64,000 bases of DNA. Origin: Ranitomeya imitator (taxonomy: Eukaryota). The notes below the pieces were generated by a model. That model saw only the letters and a list, made by a program, of their open reading frames with translations, was not told where the DNA came from and searched no databases. Below, one piece after another: positions 1 through 12,401 of the stretch. Made by a program: the position numbers and the translations under genes. The DNA lies in assembly GCF_032444005.1 (NCBI RefSeq), contig NC_091284.1, positions 728,066,001 to 728,130,000 of the forward strand, read 5' to 3'. How positions within the stretch are numbered: the stretch's first letter is position 1; each line of letters begins with the position of its first letter.

Positions 1-463
1 GGTCTAACTAGGGATTTGTACAGAGGCAGTATAATGCTCTCATCATGTGTATCCAGACCCCTTTTAATGCACCCCATGATCCTGTTTGCCTTGGCAGCTG
101 CTGCCTGGCACTGGCTGCTCCAGGTAAGTTTATCATTAACTAGGATCCCCAAGTCCTTCTCCCTGTCAGATTTACCCAGTGGTTTCCCGTTCAGTGTGTA
201 ATGGTGATATTGATTCCCTCTTCCCATGTGTATAACCTTACATTTATCATTGTTAAACCTCATCTGCCACCTTTCAGCCCAAGTTTCCAACTTATCCAGA
301 TCCATCTGTAGCAGAATACTATCTTCTCTTGTATTAACTGCTTTACATAGTTTTGTATCATCTGCAAATATCGATATTTTACTGTGTAAACCTTCTACCA
401 GATCATTAATGAATATGTTGAAGAGAACAGGTCCCAATACCGACCCCTGCGGTACCCCACTGG
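1..463 (-). mobile_element. CR1 LINE (family A) RT-region fragment, running off the window start
   Basis: Reverse complement of the RT region of the CR1 copies at 28612-31114 and 60019-63074. The + strand ORFs 16..201 and 226..522 reproduce the antisense ORFs of those copies. Confidence 0.93.
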
Positions 464-909
464 GAGAACAGCAGAACCCTTCCATAAATAACTCCTTTTT
501 ACAAATAACACCCCCTCATTGAATTGATCTAAGGGTGCAGTGATCATATTGACACCACAGGTGTGTCAAAGAACCTTATACCATTGGGTGGTGAAGAAAA
601 AATAATTACATTACCACAAAAACCTAGATTTAGCCCCAGATTTTACATTTTCACAGGGGGCAATCAGTAAAAATTGCTCCAAAATTTGTCCCACAATTTC
701 TGCTAAACGTAGCAATATGTGTCTGTACAGTACTGCTTAACCACAGAGAGACTCAGGAGGGAAGGGGCACTATATGAGTCTTGGAGCACAGATTTTCCTA
801 GAATAGTTTGTGGACTCCAAATACAGACCCCCAAAGATCCAGAACAGCAGAATCACCCCTCAAGTGACTCAGTTTGGGAACTGCACCACTTTAGGAATTT
901 ATCTTTACA

Positions 910-2429
910 CTAGATGGTGGCCCGATTCTAACGCATCGGGTATTCTAGAATATGCATGCCCATGTAGTATATTGCCGAGACACGTAGCATATTGCCCAGC
1001 CACGTAGTATATTGCCCAGTCACATAGTATTTTGCCCAGTCACGTAGTATATTGCCCAGCCACGTAGTATATTGCCCAGTCACGTAGTATATTGTCCAGC
1101 CACGTAGTATATTGCCCAGCCACGTAGTATATTGCCCAGCCACATAGTATTTTGCCCAGTCACGTAGTATATTGCCCAGCCACGTAGTATATTGCCCAGT
1201 CATGTAGTATATTGCCCAGCCACGTAGTATATTGCCCAGCCACGTAGTATATTGCCAAGTCACGTAGTATATTGCCCAGCCACGTAGTATATGCCCAGTC
1301 ACGTAGTATATTGCCCATCCACATAGTATATTGCCCAGCCACATAGTATATTGCCCAGTCATGTAGTATATTGCCCAGCCACGTAGTATATTGCCCAGTC
1401 ATGTAGTATATTGCCCAGCCACGTAGTATATTGCCCAGCCACGTAGTATATTGCCCAGCCACGTAGTATATTGCCCAGTCACGTAGTATATTGCCCAGTC
1501 ACGTAGTATATTGCCCAGCCACGTAGTATATTGCCCAGTTACGCAGTATATTGCCCAGTGACGTAGTATACAGCACAGAGCCACATAGTATATTGCCCAG
1601 TGACATAGTATACAGCACAGAGCCACGTAGTATATTGCACAGCGACGTAGTATACAGCTCAGAGCCACATAGTATATTGCCCAGCCACGTAGTATATTGG
1701 CCAGTCACATAGTATATTGCCCAGCTACATAGTATATTGCCCAGCCACATATGTCACAGGTTAAAAAATAAAAAATAAACATATACTCACCTTCCGAGGG
1801 AGCCCTTGTAGTCCTGTCGCCTGTGTGCGGTGCATTCGGCAGCTTCCGGTCCCAGGGTTGGTAGCGCAGGACCCGTGATGACGTCGTGGTCACATGACCA
1901 TGACATCATGTCAGGTCCTTGTCGCATACCATCCTTGCCACCGGAACCTGCAGCTTGCATGGAGCGGTTACCGGAGCGTTGTGAGGAGCAGGAAAGGCGC
2001 CGGAGGGTGAGTATATGATGATTTTAAATTTTTTTATTGTTAACATTAGATCCTTTTACTATTGGCGCTGCGTAGGCAGCATCAATAGTAAAAACTTGGT
2101 CACACAGGGTTAATAGCGGTGGTAACGGAGTGCGTTACCCGCGGTATAACACGGTCCGTTACTGCTGGCATTAACCCTGTGTGAGCGGTGACTGCGGGGA
2201 GTATGGAGCGGGCGCCAGGCCCTGACTGCAGGGGAGTAGGGAGGGACTAATCGGACTGTGACCGTCGCTGATTGGTCGCGGCAGCCATGACAGGCAGCTG
2301 GCGAGACCAGTCAGCGACTTGGATTCCATGACAGACAGAGGCCTCGACCAATGAATATCCGTGACAGAAAGGACAGACAGAAGGACAGACAGAAAGACGG
2401 AAGTGACCCTTAGACAATTATATAGTAGA
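910..2429 (-). mobile_element. Non-autonomous Helitron
   Basis: On the - strand it begins A|TCTACTATATAATTG (2430|2429) and ends with hairpin CCCGAT-N8-ATCGGG (921-940) followed by CTAG|T (913-910|909). It sits between A and T with no TSD. Confidence 0.85.
961..1750. repeat. 20-bp minisatellite (CACGTAGTATATTGCCCAGY), about 39 units, inside the Helitron
   Basis: Direct reading. A 22-bp variant (..TATACAGCACAGAGC) is interleaved at about 1555-1660. Confidence 0.95.
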
Positions 2430-4810
2430 TGCAGTGATGATTTTGATTCCACTGGAGTCTTCCATAAACAAGTAACAATAGATGATGCTGAGTGAAAATA
2501 GCAAATCTGCTAGTGCAGTGCCCAGTATGTTGTAGTACCCAATACATTGTAGTGCCTGTACATTGTGCCAAGCTCGTACTTCTGGAGACATGCACCCCGT
2601 AAATTAAGTGGGCTCTCATCATTACAGTACTGACAAACATGTGGACACTAAATATTGTTTAGGCACACTGGGGCTCAGAAGGTAGGGGGGCATTTGGATT
2701 TAAGAATGCAGAATTCACTGGGTTTCTTTTGAGGGGAGCCATTTACCTTTTCCAGAGCCTTTGTATTACCAGTAACTTGGAAGCCCACTATATTTCCGTT
2801 AGCAAATGACGGAACTAAGTGGGGGCTTGCTTTTTTTGTGAATTGAGTTGCAGCTTTTATTGGGAACATTTTCCAGAACATTTTGGATCACATTTATCCT
2901 GCACTCTACCCTGAGCACTTTCATAGGGGTTTCCATCTTAATCTCCAAATGACGTGATTCATATGAAATCTTTGAAGGATGCATTCACTGTAATGAGGCA
3001 GCAGAGTTCCTTTGGACTCTGTGGCTTCTGTTCAGTTGTATCCTTTTTTCAGAGGTGCAGAATACTGTGTCCGACCATGCTTTTATGGACACTTAAAAAA
3101 AATGGACACCGCCGGATTATAGGCCAGACAGCGTCCACAGTGCCTCCATCTGCCTCATTATATGGAATTTTCCACCGGGGGTTCCATCTAAATCACGTAT
3201 TTCAGAGATTTACACAGAAACCCAGGTGTAAGCACTCAGCGTAGCGTGCCCAACAAATGTGACTATTTTTAGGAAAAATAATTGTTTTTGGGTTGCTATA
3301 TTCTGAGCACTATAGCTTTTAATTTTTTCACTGATGGAATTGTGTGATGGCTTATTTTTCGCAGTACAAGATGACGTTTTCAGTTATACCATTTTTATTT
3401 ACATTCAACTTTTTGATCGCATTTTATTTCACTTTTTGTTCAACAGTATGATGAAAAAGCATTGTTTTTTGACACATTTTTTACTTATTTCTTTTGCAAT
3501 GTTCACTAAAAGGGTTAACTAGTAGGATAGTTTTATAGATTGGGTCATTTCGGACCAATATGTGTTCTTTGTTTGCTTATTTTTGTTTTTACATAAATAT
3601 ATGTATTTATTGGTATAATAGTTTTTTCATTTTTTTGTTCTTTGTTTTGTGTTTTTTAAAAAATATTTTTTATAGTTTTTAAAAACTTTATTTCTACTTT
3701 TTTTTCCCTCTTTCCCGTTCTAAGCAGGAACTTAAAGGCCACCGTACCTGAATGATTCTGTGGTCATCTTTCGGGTTACCATGGAGCCCATTGGCACAAC
3801 ATGATTGCAATCGCGTTGTGCCAATCGGAGCAGTGAAGGAGCTACCTCCCTCTCCAAACTATTGACAGTGGCATCAGAGGGGATAAACTCCCACGATCGG
3901 CGCTAGCACCAATTGTGGGCGTTTCTGCGGTGTGCCAGCTGTAATATATAGCTGACATCCGACAATAATTTCTCAGACTCTGCAAGTGAGCTGACGCGAC
4001 CGTTGTGCCGTACATGTACGGTAGTTTACAGGAATACACCTGCCGTGGCGCCACGGTGGATGTCGTGAAGGGGTTAAAGAGTATCCGCTGTTTTAATTTT
4101 TATTTTAAAAATAAAAAATTCACATTAATAAAAAAAACTTTGCACTATATCTTCTCAAAGAAATTTGATTATTTCTCCTCCTGGACTTATCTTACACTCT
4201 TGGTTCATGGGTAAAAGCCATAAAAATTGTATTCAATGAAGACAGATTTTCCCATTACTGAGGTAAGAGATGGCAGCTGATGTTTTTAAAATTCTATTGA
4301 GAAGGGATTTCCTGATTGCAGACACAGACATTCTACTGCAAGTTCTCAAGAAACAACTGTTACAGTTCTCCATAGAGCACCCACTGTCATCTATTAGCTC
4401 AGTAATGGAAAAGTCTATATTCACTGAAAACAGATTTCTCTTCTTTGACAAACTCCTCTTGATCAATCCACTAGGAGAAAGAAGCAAACTTCTCTAATAA
4501 ATTATTATTATTATTAGTGATTTCTACACTTTAAGTTCTATAATACAGATCTATACATAGATCCGTTATATAGTCATGTGCATAAAACTTTAGAATCGAT
4601 TTTGACATAATGACAGGGTTTATCACTACGGCAAATGTCTAGAAAAATCCATATAGCTGCTTAATTTTAGACATTGTGGTAGCACACAAGGAAACCTACA
4701 ATATTCATGCTGTTTGCCTATTAAAGGCAATGTAGTTAGTAACACATCGCGAGACAAAACTGGAATGTGCAGGTCGTTATTTTTAGGTAATGCTACAAAT
4801 ACAAATACCC

Positions 4811-5405
4811 TATTATTATTATTATTTGTTTATATAGCACCATTAATTCCATGGTGCTGTACATGAGAAAGGGGTTACATACAGAGTAATAGATATCGTT
4901 TACAGTAAACAGGTTTACAATGACAGACTGGTACAGAGGGTAGAGGACCCTGTCCTTGCGGACTTACAATCTACGGGGTAATGGGGAAGAGGCAGAAGGC
5001 CGGGGGTGCAGCAGCTCTGGCGGTGGTGAGGCGGCAGCTCTGGTGGTGGTGAGGCGGCAGCTCTGGTGGTGGTGAGGCGGCAGCTCTGGTGGTGGTGAGG
5101 CGGCAGCTCTAGCGGTGGTGAGGCGGCAGCTCTGGTGGTGGTGAGGTGGCAGCTCTGGTGGTGGTGAGGCGGCAGCTCTGGTGGTGGTGAGACGGCAGCT
5201 CTGGTGGTGGTGAGGCGGCAGCTCTGGTGGTGGTGAGGCGGCAGCTCTAGCGGTGGTGAGGCGGCAGCTCTGGTGGTGGTGAGGTGGCAGCTCTGGCGGT
5301 GGTGAGGCGGCAGCTCTGGTGGTGGTGAGGCGGCAGCTCTGGTGGTGGTGAGGCGGCAGCTCAGGTGGTGGTGAGGCAGCAGCTCTGGTGGTGGTGAGGC
5401 GGCAG
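4811..5405 (-). mobile_element. L2 LINE 3' end with (TAA)n tail
   Basis: The reverse complement resembles the L2 3' end at 40053-40229 (CCATGGAAT(T/A)AATGG.GCTAT...AATAATAAT). Confidence 0.75.
5009..5405. repeat. 23-bp minisatellite (CAGCTCTGGTGGTGGTGAGGCGG), about 17 units
   Basis: Direct reading; variant units recur at 138-bp spacing. Confidence 0.93.
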
Positions 5406-6377
5406 AAACTCAGTGCAAAGTACCACCAAAATTCTGACCACCAACTTTCCACTGATTTCAACACTAACATCCCTCACTTCCAATCAATCTGATTAGTGCA
5501 ATCATTGTCCACACTTCCCATATTCTTAAAAACAATTTAAAATTAATTGACTAAGATGATGTTTTGTAAATCTTAATGGCTGGCATGCAATATTAGATGA
5601 TTTTATGTATGCTTGACACTTTTAGAGAATCAGGGAAAAATCGGAAACTGATAAATCATAGTGATTAGTGCTCTCTTTAGACACAGTTTGGGTCTATTTT
5701 GTGGCTGGCTGGACTACACCCATGAGGATTTGGGACATTAGGACAGAGGTTTTTTTTTTATAGTTACCATTGTTATTCAATGGTTTACATCTATTTACAT
5801 TACATTATCTAAACCATGCTGCCCCTGTATGGTGTTTTTGTACAAGAGTTGAACGCTACCAACATATCATCGATTAGTATTTCCCTTTTTTGAGAAATAG
5901 CTGTGTGGAGTTTCTGAGTCAAAATACTAAACCACAAAACGAACAGACTACTTGGCATCAATGTGTCTGGTACAAGGGATATAGTTATGTCTGCCAGTGC
6001 CTGCTTCATTAAACTACACTGTCTTGAGGTTTTCATATCGGAAGTTTACATTTCCTTCTTCTTTGTACATGGTGGGTGAGAAAACCATGGAGAGTTGTAA
6101 AGTCAGTGCCATTATTGCTGTGGCCTAGTCTAGAATGATATGTTAAAAGCTTAAAAACTAAGAAGTTTCCGCAAAAGAGATTGCAGATCTGTGACCTGTG
6201 ATCTGTGATTTTTTTATAAGCAGCAAACTGGGCAATTGTCCAAGACTCCCATTTCTTAAAAGGACTTATGGTTTGGACACCCATAATGCAGAGATGCAGA
6301 AATTATTTCATTACTCCATACACTGCAGTAGGCAAACAGACTAGCAAATTACCACGAGCATCCTACAGTTTTATTAA

Positions 6378-7478
6378 AGGAGGTTGGGCACTACTTTTTT
6401 ATTGATGGTCCTTTCTTGGGATAGGCCATCGATATCTAATCAGTGGGGTTGTGACACCTGGCACTCCTGCCAATCAGCTGTTACAGCGGCCAGAAGTTCT
6501 TAAGGTACCTTCACACTGAGCAACTTTTGAATGATAACGATAGCGATCCGTGACGTTCCAGCGTCCTGGATAGCGATATCGTTGTGTTTGACACGCAGCA
6601 GCGATCAGGATCCTGCTGTGACATCGCTGGTCGGAGCTAGAAGGCCAGAACTTTATTTCGTCGCTGGATCACCCGCTGACATCGCTAAATCGGCGTGTGT
6701 GACGCCGATCCAGCGATGTGTTCACTTGTAACCAGGGTAAACATCGGGTTACTAAGCGCAGGGCCGCGCTTAGTAACCCGATGTTTACCCTGGTTACCAT
6801 TGTAAATGTAAAAAAAACCAAAACACTACATACTCACATTCCGGAGTCTGTCACGTCCCTCACCGTCAGCTTCCCGCACTGACTGTGAGCGCCGGCCGTA
6901 AAGCAGAGCGGTGACGTCATCACTGTGCTCTGCTTTACGGCCGGCGCTCACAGTCAGTGCGGGAAGCTGACGGCGAGGGACGCGACAGACACCGGAATGT
7001 GAGTATGTAGTGTTTTTCTTTTCTACATTTACAATGGTAACCAGGGTAAACATCGGGTTACTAAGCGCGGCCCTGCGCTTAGTAACCCGATGTTTACCCT
7101 GGTTACCCGGGGACTTCGGCATCGTTGGTCGCTGGAGAGCTGTCTGTGTGACAGCTCTCCAGCGACCACACAACGACTTACCAACGATCACGGCCAGGTC
7201 GTATCGCTGGTCGTGATCGTTGGTAAATCGTTTAGTGTAACGGTACCTTTAGATGCTGCTGGAACACAGCAGCTCCATCCAAACTATAGTAGCCATGTCT
7301 GGGTACTACAGATCCAAACCTTATTCATTTTAATAGGGAGTGGATCTACAGTGCCTGAACACGGCCACTATGGAAATGAAGAGGCTGCTGTGTTCCGCTA
7401 GCATCTGAAAACTTCTGTTTCTGATCGGTGGCCTATCCTAAGGATAAGCCATCAATAAAAAAGTAGTGGACAGCCTAT
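6378..7478. mobile_element. T2/Kolobok-like MITE split by a Harbinger-like MITE
   Basis: TTAA flanks at 6374-6377 and 7479-7482. Degenerate inverted arms: ACTACTTTTTATTGATGG..GGATAGGCCA versus TGGCCTATCC..CCATCAATAAAAAAGTAGT. Confidence 0.6.
6503..7248. mobile_element. PIF/Harbinger-like MITE, about 730-bp family, copy 1
   Basis: Termini AGGTACC..GGTACCT; TTA duplicated on both sides; internal nested palindromes. Confidence 0.85.
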
Positions 7479-7589
7479 TTAAGTTGGTATTATATGGGAC
7501 CTGAATTGCAGCATTGCATGAGTGCTGTTAGTAGGCAACTTTTGGATACTGCATATTGTTTATGGCAGTATTATTATGGCATATAATAA

Positions 7590-8820
7590 TAAAGAAAATA
7601 AAGGGAACACTAAAATACCACATCTTAGAATGAAATCTGAATTGAATATTCCAGTTGCGAATCTTTATTCATTATATAGTGGAATGCGTTAACAACAATA
7701 AAACATAAAAATGATCAATGTAAATCAAAATTAATATCCCATGGAGGTCTGGATTTGGAATGATATTCAAAATCAAAGTGGAAAATCAAATTACAGGTTG
7801 ATCCAAATTCAATGGAAATGCCTCAAGACAAGGAAATGATGCTCAGTAGTGTTTGTGGCCTCCACAAGCCGGTATGGCCTCCCTACAATGCCTAGGCATG
7901 GTCCTGATGAGGTGGCGGATGTTCTGAGGGATTTCCTCCCAGACCTGGATTAAAGCATCAGTCTACTCCTGGACAGTCTGTGGTGCAACGTGTCATTGAT
8001 GGATGGAACGAGACATAATGTCCCAGATGTGCTCGATTGGATTCAGTTCGGGGAACAGGCAGGCCAGTACATAGCATCAATGTCTTAATCATGCAAGAAC
8101 TGCTGACACACTTCAGCCACTTGAGGCTTAGCATTGTCACGCATCAGAAGCAACCCAGGGCAACCTGCGTCTGCATATAGTCTCACGATGAGTCTCAGGA
8201 TTTTATCCAGGTACTTAATGACAGTCAGGGTACCACTGGCTAGTACAAAGAGGGCTCTGCCAAACTGGTCAAATCACCCTGCACAGTGTTGAGCTGCAAG
8301 CACAACACCCACTTATGGGTGTTGGACCCTCATACCACCCTTATGGAGTCTGTTTCTGATAGTTTCAGCAGACAAATGGATGTTAGTGGCCTGCTGGAGG
8401 TCATTTTGCAGGACTCTGGCACTGCTCCTTCTGTTCCTCCGTGCATAAAGGAGGTAGCGGTCTTGCTGCTGGGATGTTGCCCTCCTATGGCCCCCTCCAT
8501 GTCTCCTGGTGTACTGGCCTGTCTCCTGATATCTGCTCCATGCTCTGGACACTGTGCTGACAGACACAGCGTCCCTTCTTGCCACAGCTCGCATTGATGT
8601 GCCATCTTGGATGAGTTGCACTACCTGAGCAATTTCTGAGGGTTGTATACACCACCTCATGTTACTGTACAGTACCTCTAGGGGTGAGAACAAAATTCAA
8701 AAGTGACCAAAACAACAGCCAAAAAGGATGAGAACAGATAAATGGTCTGTGGTCACCATCTGCAGAACCTCTCCTTTATATAGGGGTTATCCTGCTAATT
8801 GGCTGTCATTTCTAACTGTT
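7590..8820 (-). mobile_element. Tc1/mariner remnant
   Basis: ORF 8313..8693 encodes a Tc1 paired-like HTH region ([34 protein letters not shown]). The catalytic region is degraded and the boundaries are approximate. Confidence 0.8.
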
Positions 8821-8829
8821 GTCTGGGGT

Positions 8830-11800
8830 CCTCCTATCAGTGCTCAGACCATGTGCTGCACGCTGCATCACATTGGTCTGCATGGCTGTTGTCCCAGAAG
8901 GAAGCCTCTTATAAAGATAATGTACTCAAACACTTTGCTGAAGACAAGCAGAGTAAGGACATGGATTACTGGAACCATGTCCTGTGGTCTGATGAGCCCA
9001 AGATAAACTTATTTGGTTCAGATGGGGTCAAACGTATGTGACGCCAACCAGGGGATGAGTACAAAGACAAGTGTGTCTTGCCTACAGTCAAGCATGGTGG
9101 TGGGAATTTCATGGTTTATGGCTGCATGAGTGCTTCCGGCAGTGGGGAGCTACAGGTCATTGAGGGAACCATGAATGCTAACATGTACTGTTACATACTT
9201 AACCAGAGCATGATCCACTCTCTTTGGAAACTTGGCCACGAGGCAGTATCCAACATAACGACCCCAAACACACCTCCAAGATGACCACTGCCTTGATAAA
9301 GAAATCGAGGGTAAAGGTGCTGGACTGGCCAAGCATGTCTCCAGATCTAAACCCTACTGAGCATTTGTGGTGCAAGCAGAAGGTATCATAGTAACATAGT
9401 AACATAGTTGTTAAGGTTGAAGGAAGACTTTAAGTCCATCTAGTTCAATCCATAGCCTAACCTAACATGCCCTAACATGTTGATCCAGAGGAAGGCAAAA
9501 AAAACCAAGTGGCAAAGAGTAAGCTCCACATTGGGGAAAAAAATTTGGTCCCGACTCCACATACGGCAATCAGACTAGTTCCCTGGATCAACGCCCTATC
9601 AAGGAATCTAGTATATATAACCTGTAGCATTATACTTTTAAAGAAAGGCATCCAGTCCCCTCTTAAATTTAAGTAATGAATCACTCATTACAACATCATA
9701 CGGCAGAGTTCCATAGTCTCACTGCTCTTACAGTAAAGAATCTGCGTCTGTTATTATGCTTAAACCTTCTTTCCTCCAGAAGTAGAGGATGCCCCCTTGT
9801 GCCTGTCTCAGGTCTATGATTAAAAAGATCATCAGAAAGGTCTTTGTACTGTCCCCTCATATATTTATACATTAAAATAAGATCACCCCTTAGCCTTCGC
9901 TTTTCCAAACTAAATAGCCCCAAGTGTATAACCTATCTTGGTATTGCAGATCCCCCAGTCCTCTAATAAACTTGGTCGCTCTTCTCTGCACCCGCTCTAG
10001 TTCAGCTATGTCTTTCTTATACACCGGAGACCAGAACTGTACACAGTATTCTAAGTGTGGTCGAACTAGTGACTTGTATAGAGGCAAAATTATGTTCTCC
10101 TCATGAGCATCTATGCCTCTTTTAATGCATCCCATTATTTTATTTGCCTTTGTAGCAGCTGCCTGACACTGGCCACTGAATATGAGTTTGTCATCCACCC
10201 ATATACCCAGATCTTTTTCATTGACGGTTTTGCCCAGTGTTTTACAATTAAGTACATAATTGTACATATTATTACTTCTACCCAAGTGCATGACCTTATA
10301 TTTATCCCCTTTAAAGATCATTTGCCATTTATCAGCCCAAGCTTCTAGTTTACATAAATCATCCTGTAATATAAAATTGTCCTCCTCTGTATTGATTACC
10401 CTGCAAAGTTTAGTGTCATCTGCAAATATTGAAATTCTACTCTGAATGCCCCCTACAAGGTCATTAATAAATATGTTAAAAAGAAGAGGGCCCAATACTG
10501 ACCCCTGTGGTACCCCACTGATCACCGCGACCCAGTCCGAGTGTGCTCCATTAATAACCACCCTTTGTTTCCTATCCCTGAGCCAGCTCTTAACCCACTT
10601 ACACATATTTTTCCCTATCCCCATTATTCTCATTTTATGTATCAACCTTTTGTGTGGCACTTTTGAAAAGTCCATATACACTACGTCCACTGGGTTCTTT
10701 TGGTCCAGTCCGGAACTTACCTCTTCATAGAAATTGATCAGATTAGTCTGACATGAACGGTCCCTAGTAAACCCATGTTGGTATTGGGTCATGAGGTTAC
10801 AGATACTCCAGTATAGCATCCCTTAGAATGCCCTCCAGGATTTTACCCACAGTAGAGGTTAAGCTTACTGGCCTATAATTACTGAGTTCAATTTTTGTCC
10901 CCTTTTTGAATATTGGCACCACATTTGCTATATGCCAGTCCTGTGGTACTGACCCTTTTATTATGGAGTCTTTAAAGCTTAAAAATAATGGTTTATCAAT
11001 TACTGTACTTAATTCCTGCAGTACTCGGGGGTGTATCCCATCTGGGCCTGGAGATTTGTCAATTTTAGTGATTTTTAGATGCCGCCGTACTTCCTGCTGG
11101 GTTAAGTAGGTGACATTTAATGGGGAATTTTTGTTATCACTGATCATATTGTCTGCCATGGGATTTTCTTGTGTAGATCCTGATAAAAAAAAAAAACCAT
11201 TTAGCATATTGGCTTTTTCCTCATCCTCCATTTCTCCCAGACTATTTTTAAGGGGGCCAACACTATCATTTTTTAATGTCTTACTATTTATGCAGTTAAA
11301 GAATATTTTGGGATTATTTTTACTCTCTCTGGCAATGAGTCTCTCTGTCTCAACCTTGGCTGCCTTGATTTGCTTTTTACAGAATTTATTTAATTTTCTG
11401 TATTTATTTAATGCCTCATCACTACCTACTTCCTTTAATTCTCTAAATGCTTTCTTTTTGTCACTTATTGCGCCCCTTACAGCTCTATTTAGCCATATTG
11501 GTTTCCTCCTATACCTGGTATGTTTATTCCCATACGGTATATACTGTGCACAGGTCCTATCCAGGATGCTAATAAATGTCTCCCATTTTTTTTGTGTATT
11601 TTTATGTCTCAGGATATCGTCCCAGTTAATTGCACTAAGATCATCTCTCATCCGTTGGAAATTTGCCCTCCTGAAGTTTAGTGTCCTTGTAACCCCTCTA
11701 TTAAACATCTTATTAAAGGATACATGAAAACTTATTATTTTGTGATCACTATTCCCCAAGTGACCCCCAATCCTTATATTTGATATGCGGTCTGACCTGT

Positions 11801-11890
11801 TGGTTAATATTAGGTGGAGGAGCGCAAGGTCTCTAACATCCGCCAGTTCCGTGATGTTGTCAGGGAGGACTGGAAGAGGATTCTAGCTGG
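8830..11890 (+). mobile_element. Tc1/mariner transposase remnant interrupted by CR1 (pieces 8830-9385 and 11812-11890)
   Basis: Motifs VLWSDE, TVKHGGG and [10 protein letters not shown] lie before the CR1. The reading resumes after it as VEERKVSNIRQFRDVVREDWKRI. Confidence 0.85.
9387..11811 (-). mobile_element. CR1 LINE (family B), 5'-truncated and frameshifted
   Basis: ORFs 10797..11759, 9890..10819 and 9696..9923 give the end of the EN linker, RT ([18 protein letters not shown]) and the C-terminus. The (CATAGTAA)n tail starts at 9387. Confidence 0.93.
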
Positions 11891-12401
11891 TGGCACTTGC
11901 GCAGATTGAGAGCATTGTTTGCCAGTAGATGCTACTGCGCAAGCGCTGCCACCATTTTGTTACAGCAAAAAAAATTGCCTCCAGCAAAATGGCGTCGGTA
12001 TCTGTCGGCAAGCGATAGATGCTACTGTACAGGTGCTGCTGCTGGCACCATTTTCCTGTAGCTACATTTTATTTTTGTAAAGACCACAAGCACAGTATTT
12101 AAAATAGGAGGCAGGTCACTGAAGGTTCAGGGACTTGTTATTTAAGCACACAAGGATGACAGTGAGCCAAAGCACCAAAAAAAGACCCGTCCACAGCCCC
12201 TCCCACAGCCCGGCCCCAAAGCACGAGAACCTCATTAACTCAAAACTGCAAACAAAGATTAAACAAAAACCACAAGACGGATTTCTTCAACCCAGGAATC
12301 ATTTTAATCAATGTAACAGCGCCAACGTGACAATGCCTGTAGTTTTCTTAGCAATATCCTAATGACAGGTTCGCTTTAATAAAGTTTTGTTGATTTTGCA
12401 G

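Larger units (their letters stand above)
464..4073. mobile_element. Non-autonomous piggyBac-like DNA element (right end only; hosts the Helitron)
   Basis: Right end GTCGTGAAGGGG|TTAA at 4062-4077 resembles the GTCATGAAGGGG|TTAA end of the 48516-49794 element. The left end was not seen, so the extent is approximate. Confidence 0.4.

Noticed and set aside
928-1750. Overlapping - strand ORFs with GQYTTWLGNILR repeats
   Set aside because: These are translations of the 20-bp minisatellite in alternating frames; there is no domain or splice context.
961-1750. CRISPR-like appearance of the tandem arrays (also 5009-5405 and 38059-41340)
   Set aside because: The units are contiguous with no unique spacers, there are no cas genes, and the context is a spliced eukaryotic gene.
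4964-5470. 168-aa Pro/His-rich ORF
   Set aside because: It is a product of the 23-bp minisatellite.
6500-7251. TTAA-targeting (piggyBac/Kolobok) class for the 730-bp MITE
   Set aside because: TTAA does not match on both sides, whereas 3-bp TTA or TAA matches in all four complete copies.
1-12401. Search for the ITGB7 signal-peptide and PSI (C..C..CAWC) exons
   Set aside because: No convincing exon was found. The VWC match near 5830 lacks the PSI cysteine pattern. The exons are probably upstream of the window, but I may have missed them.
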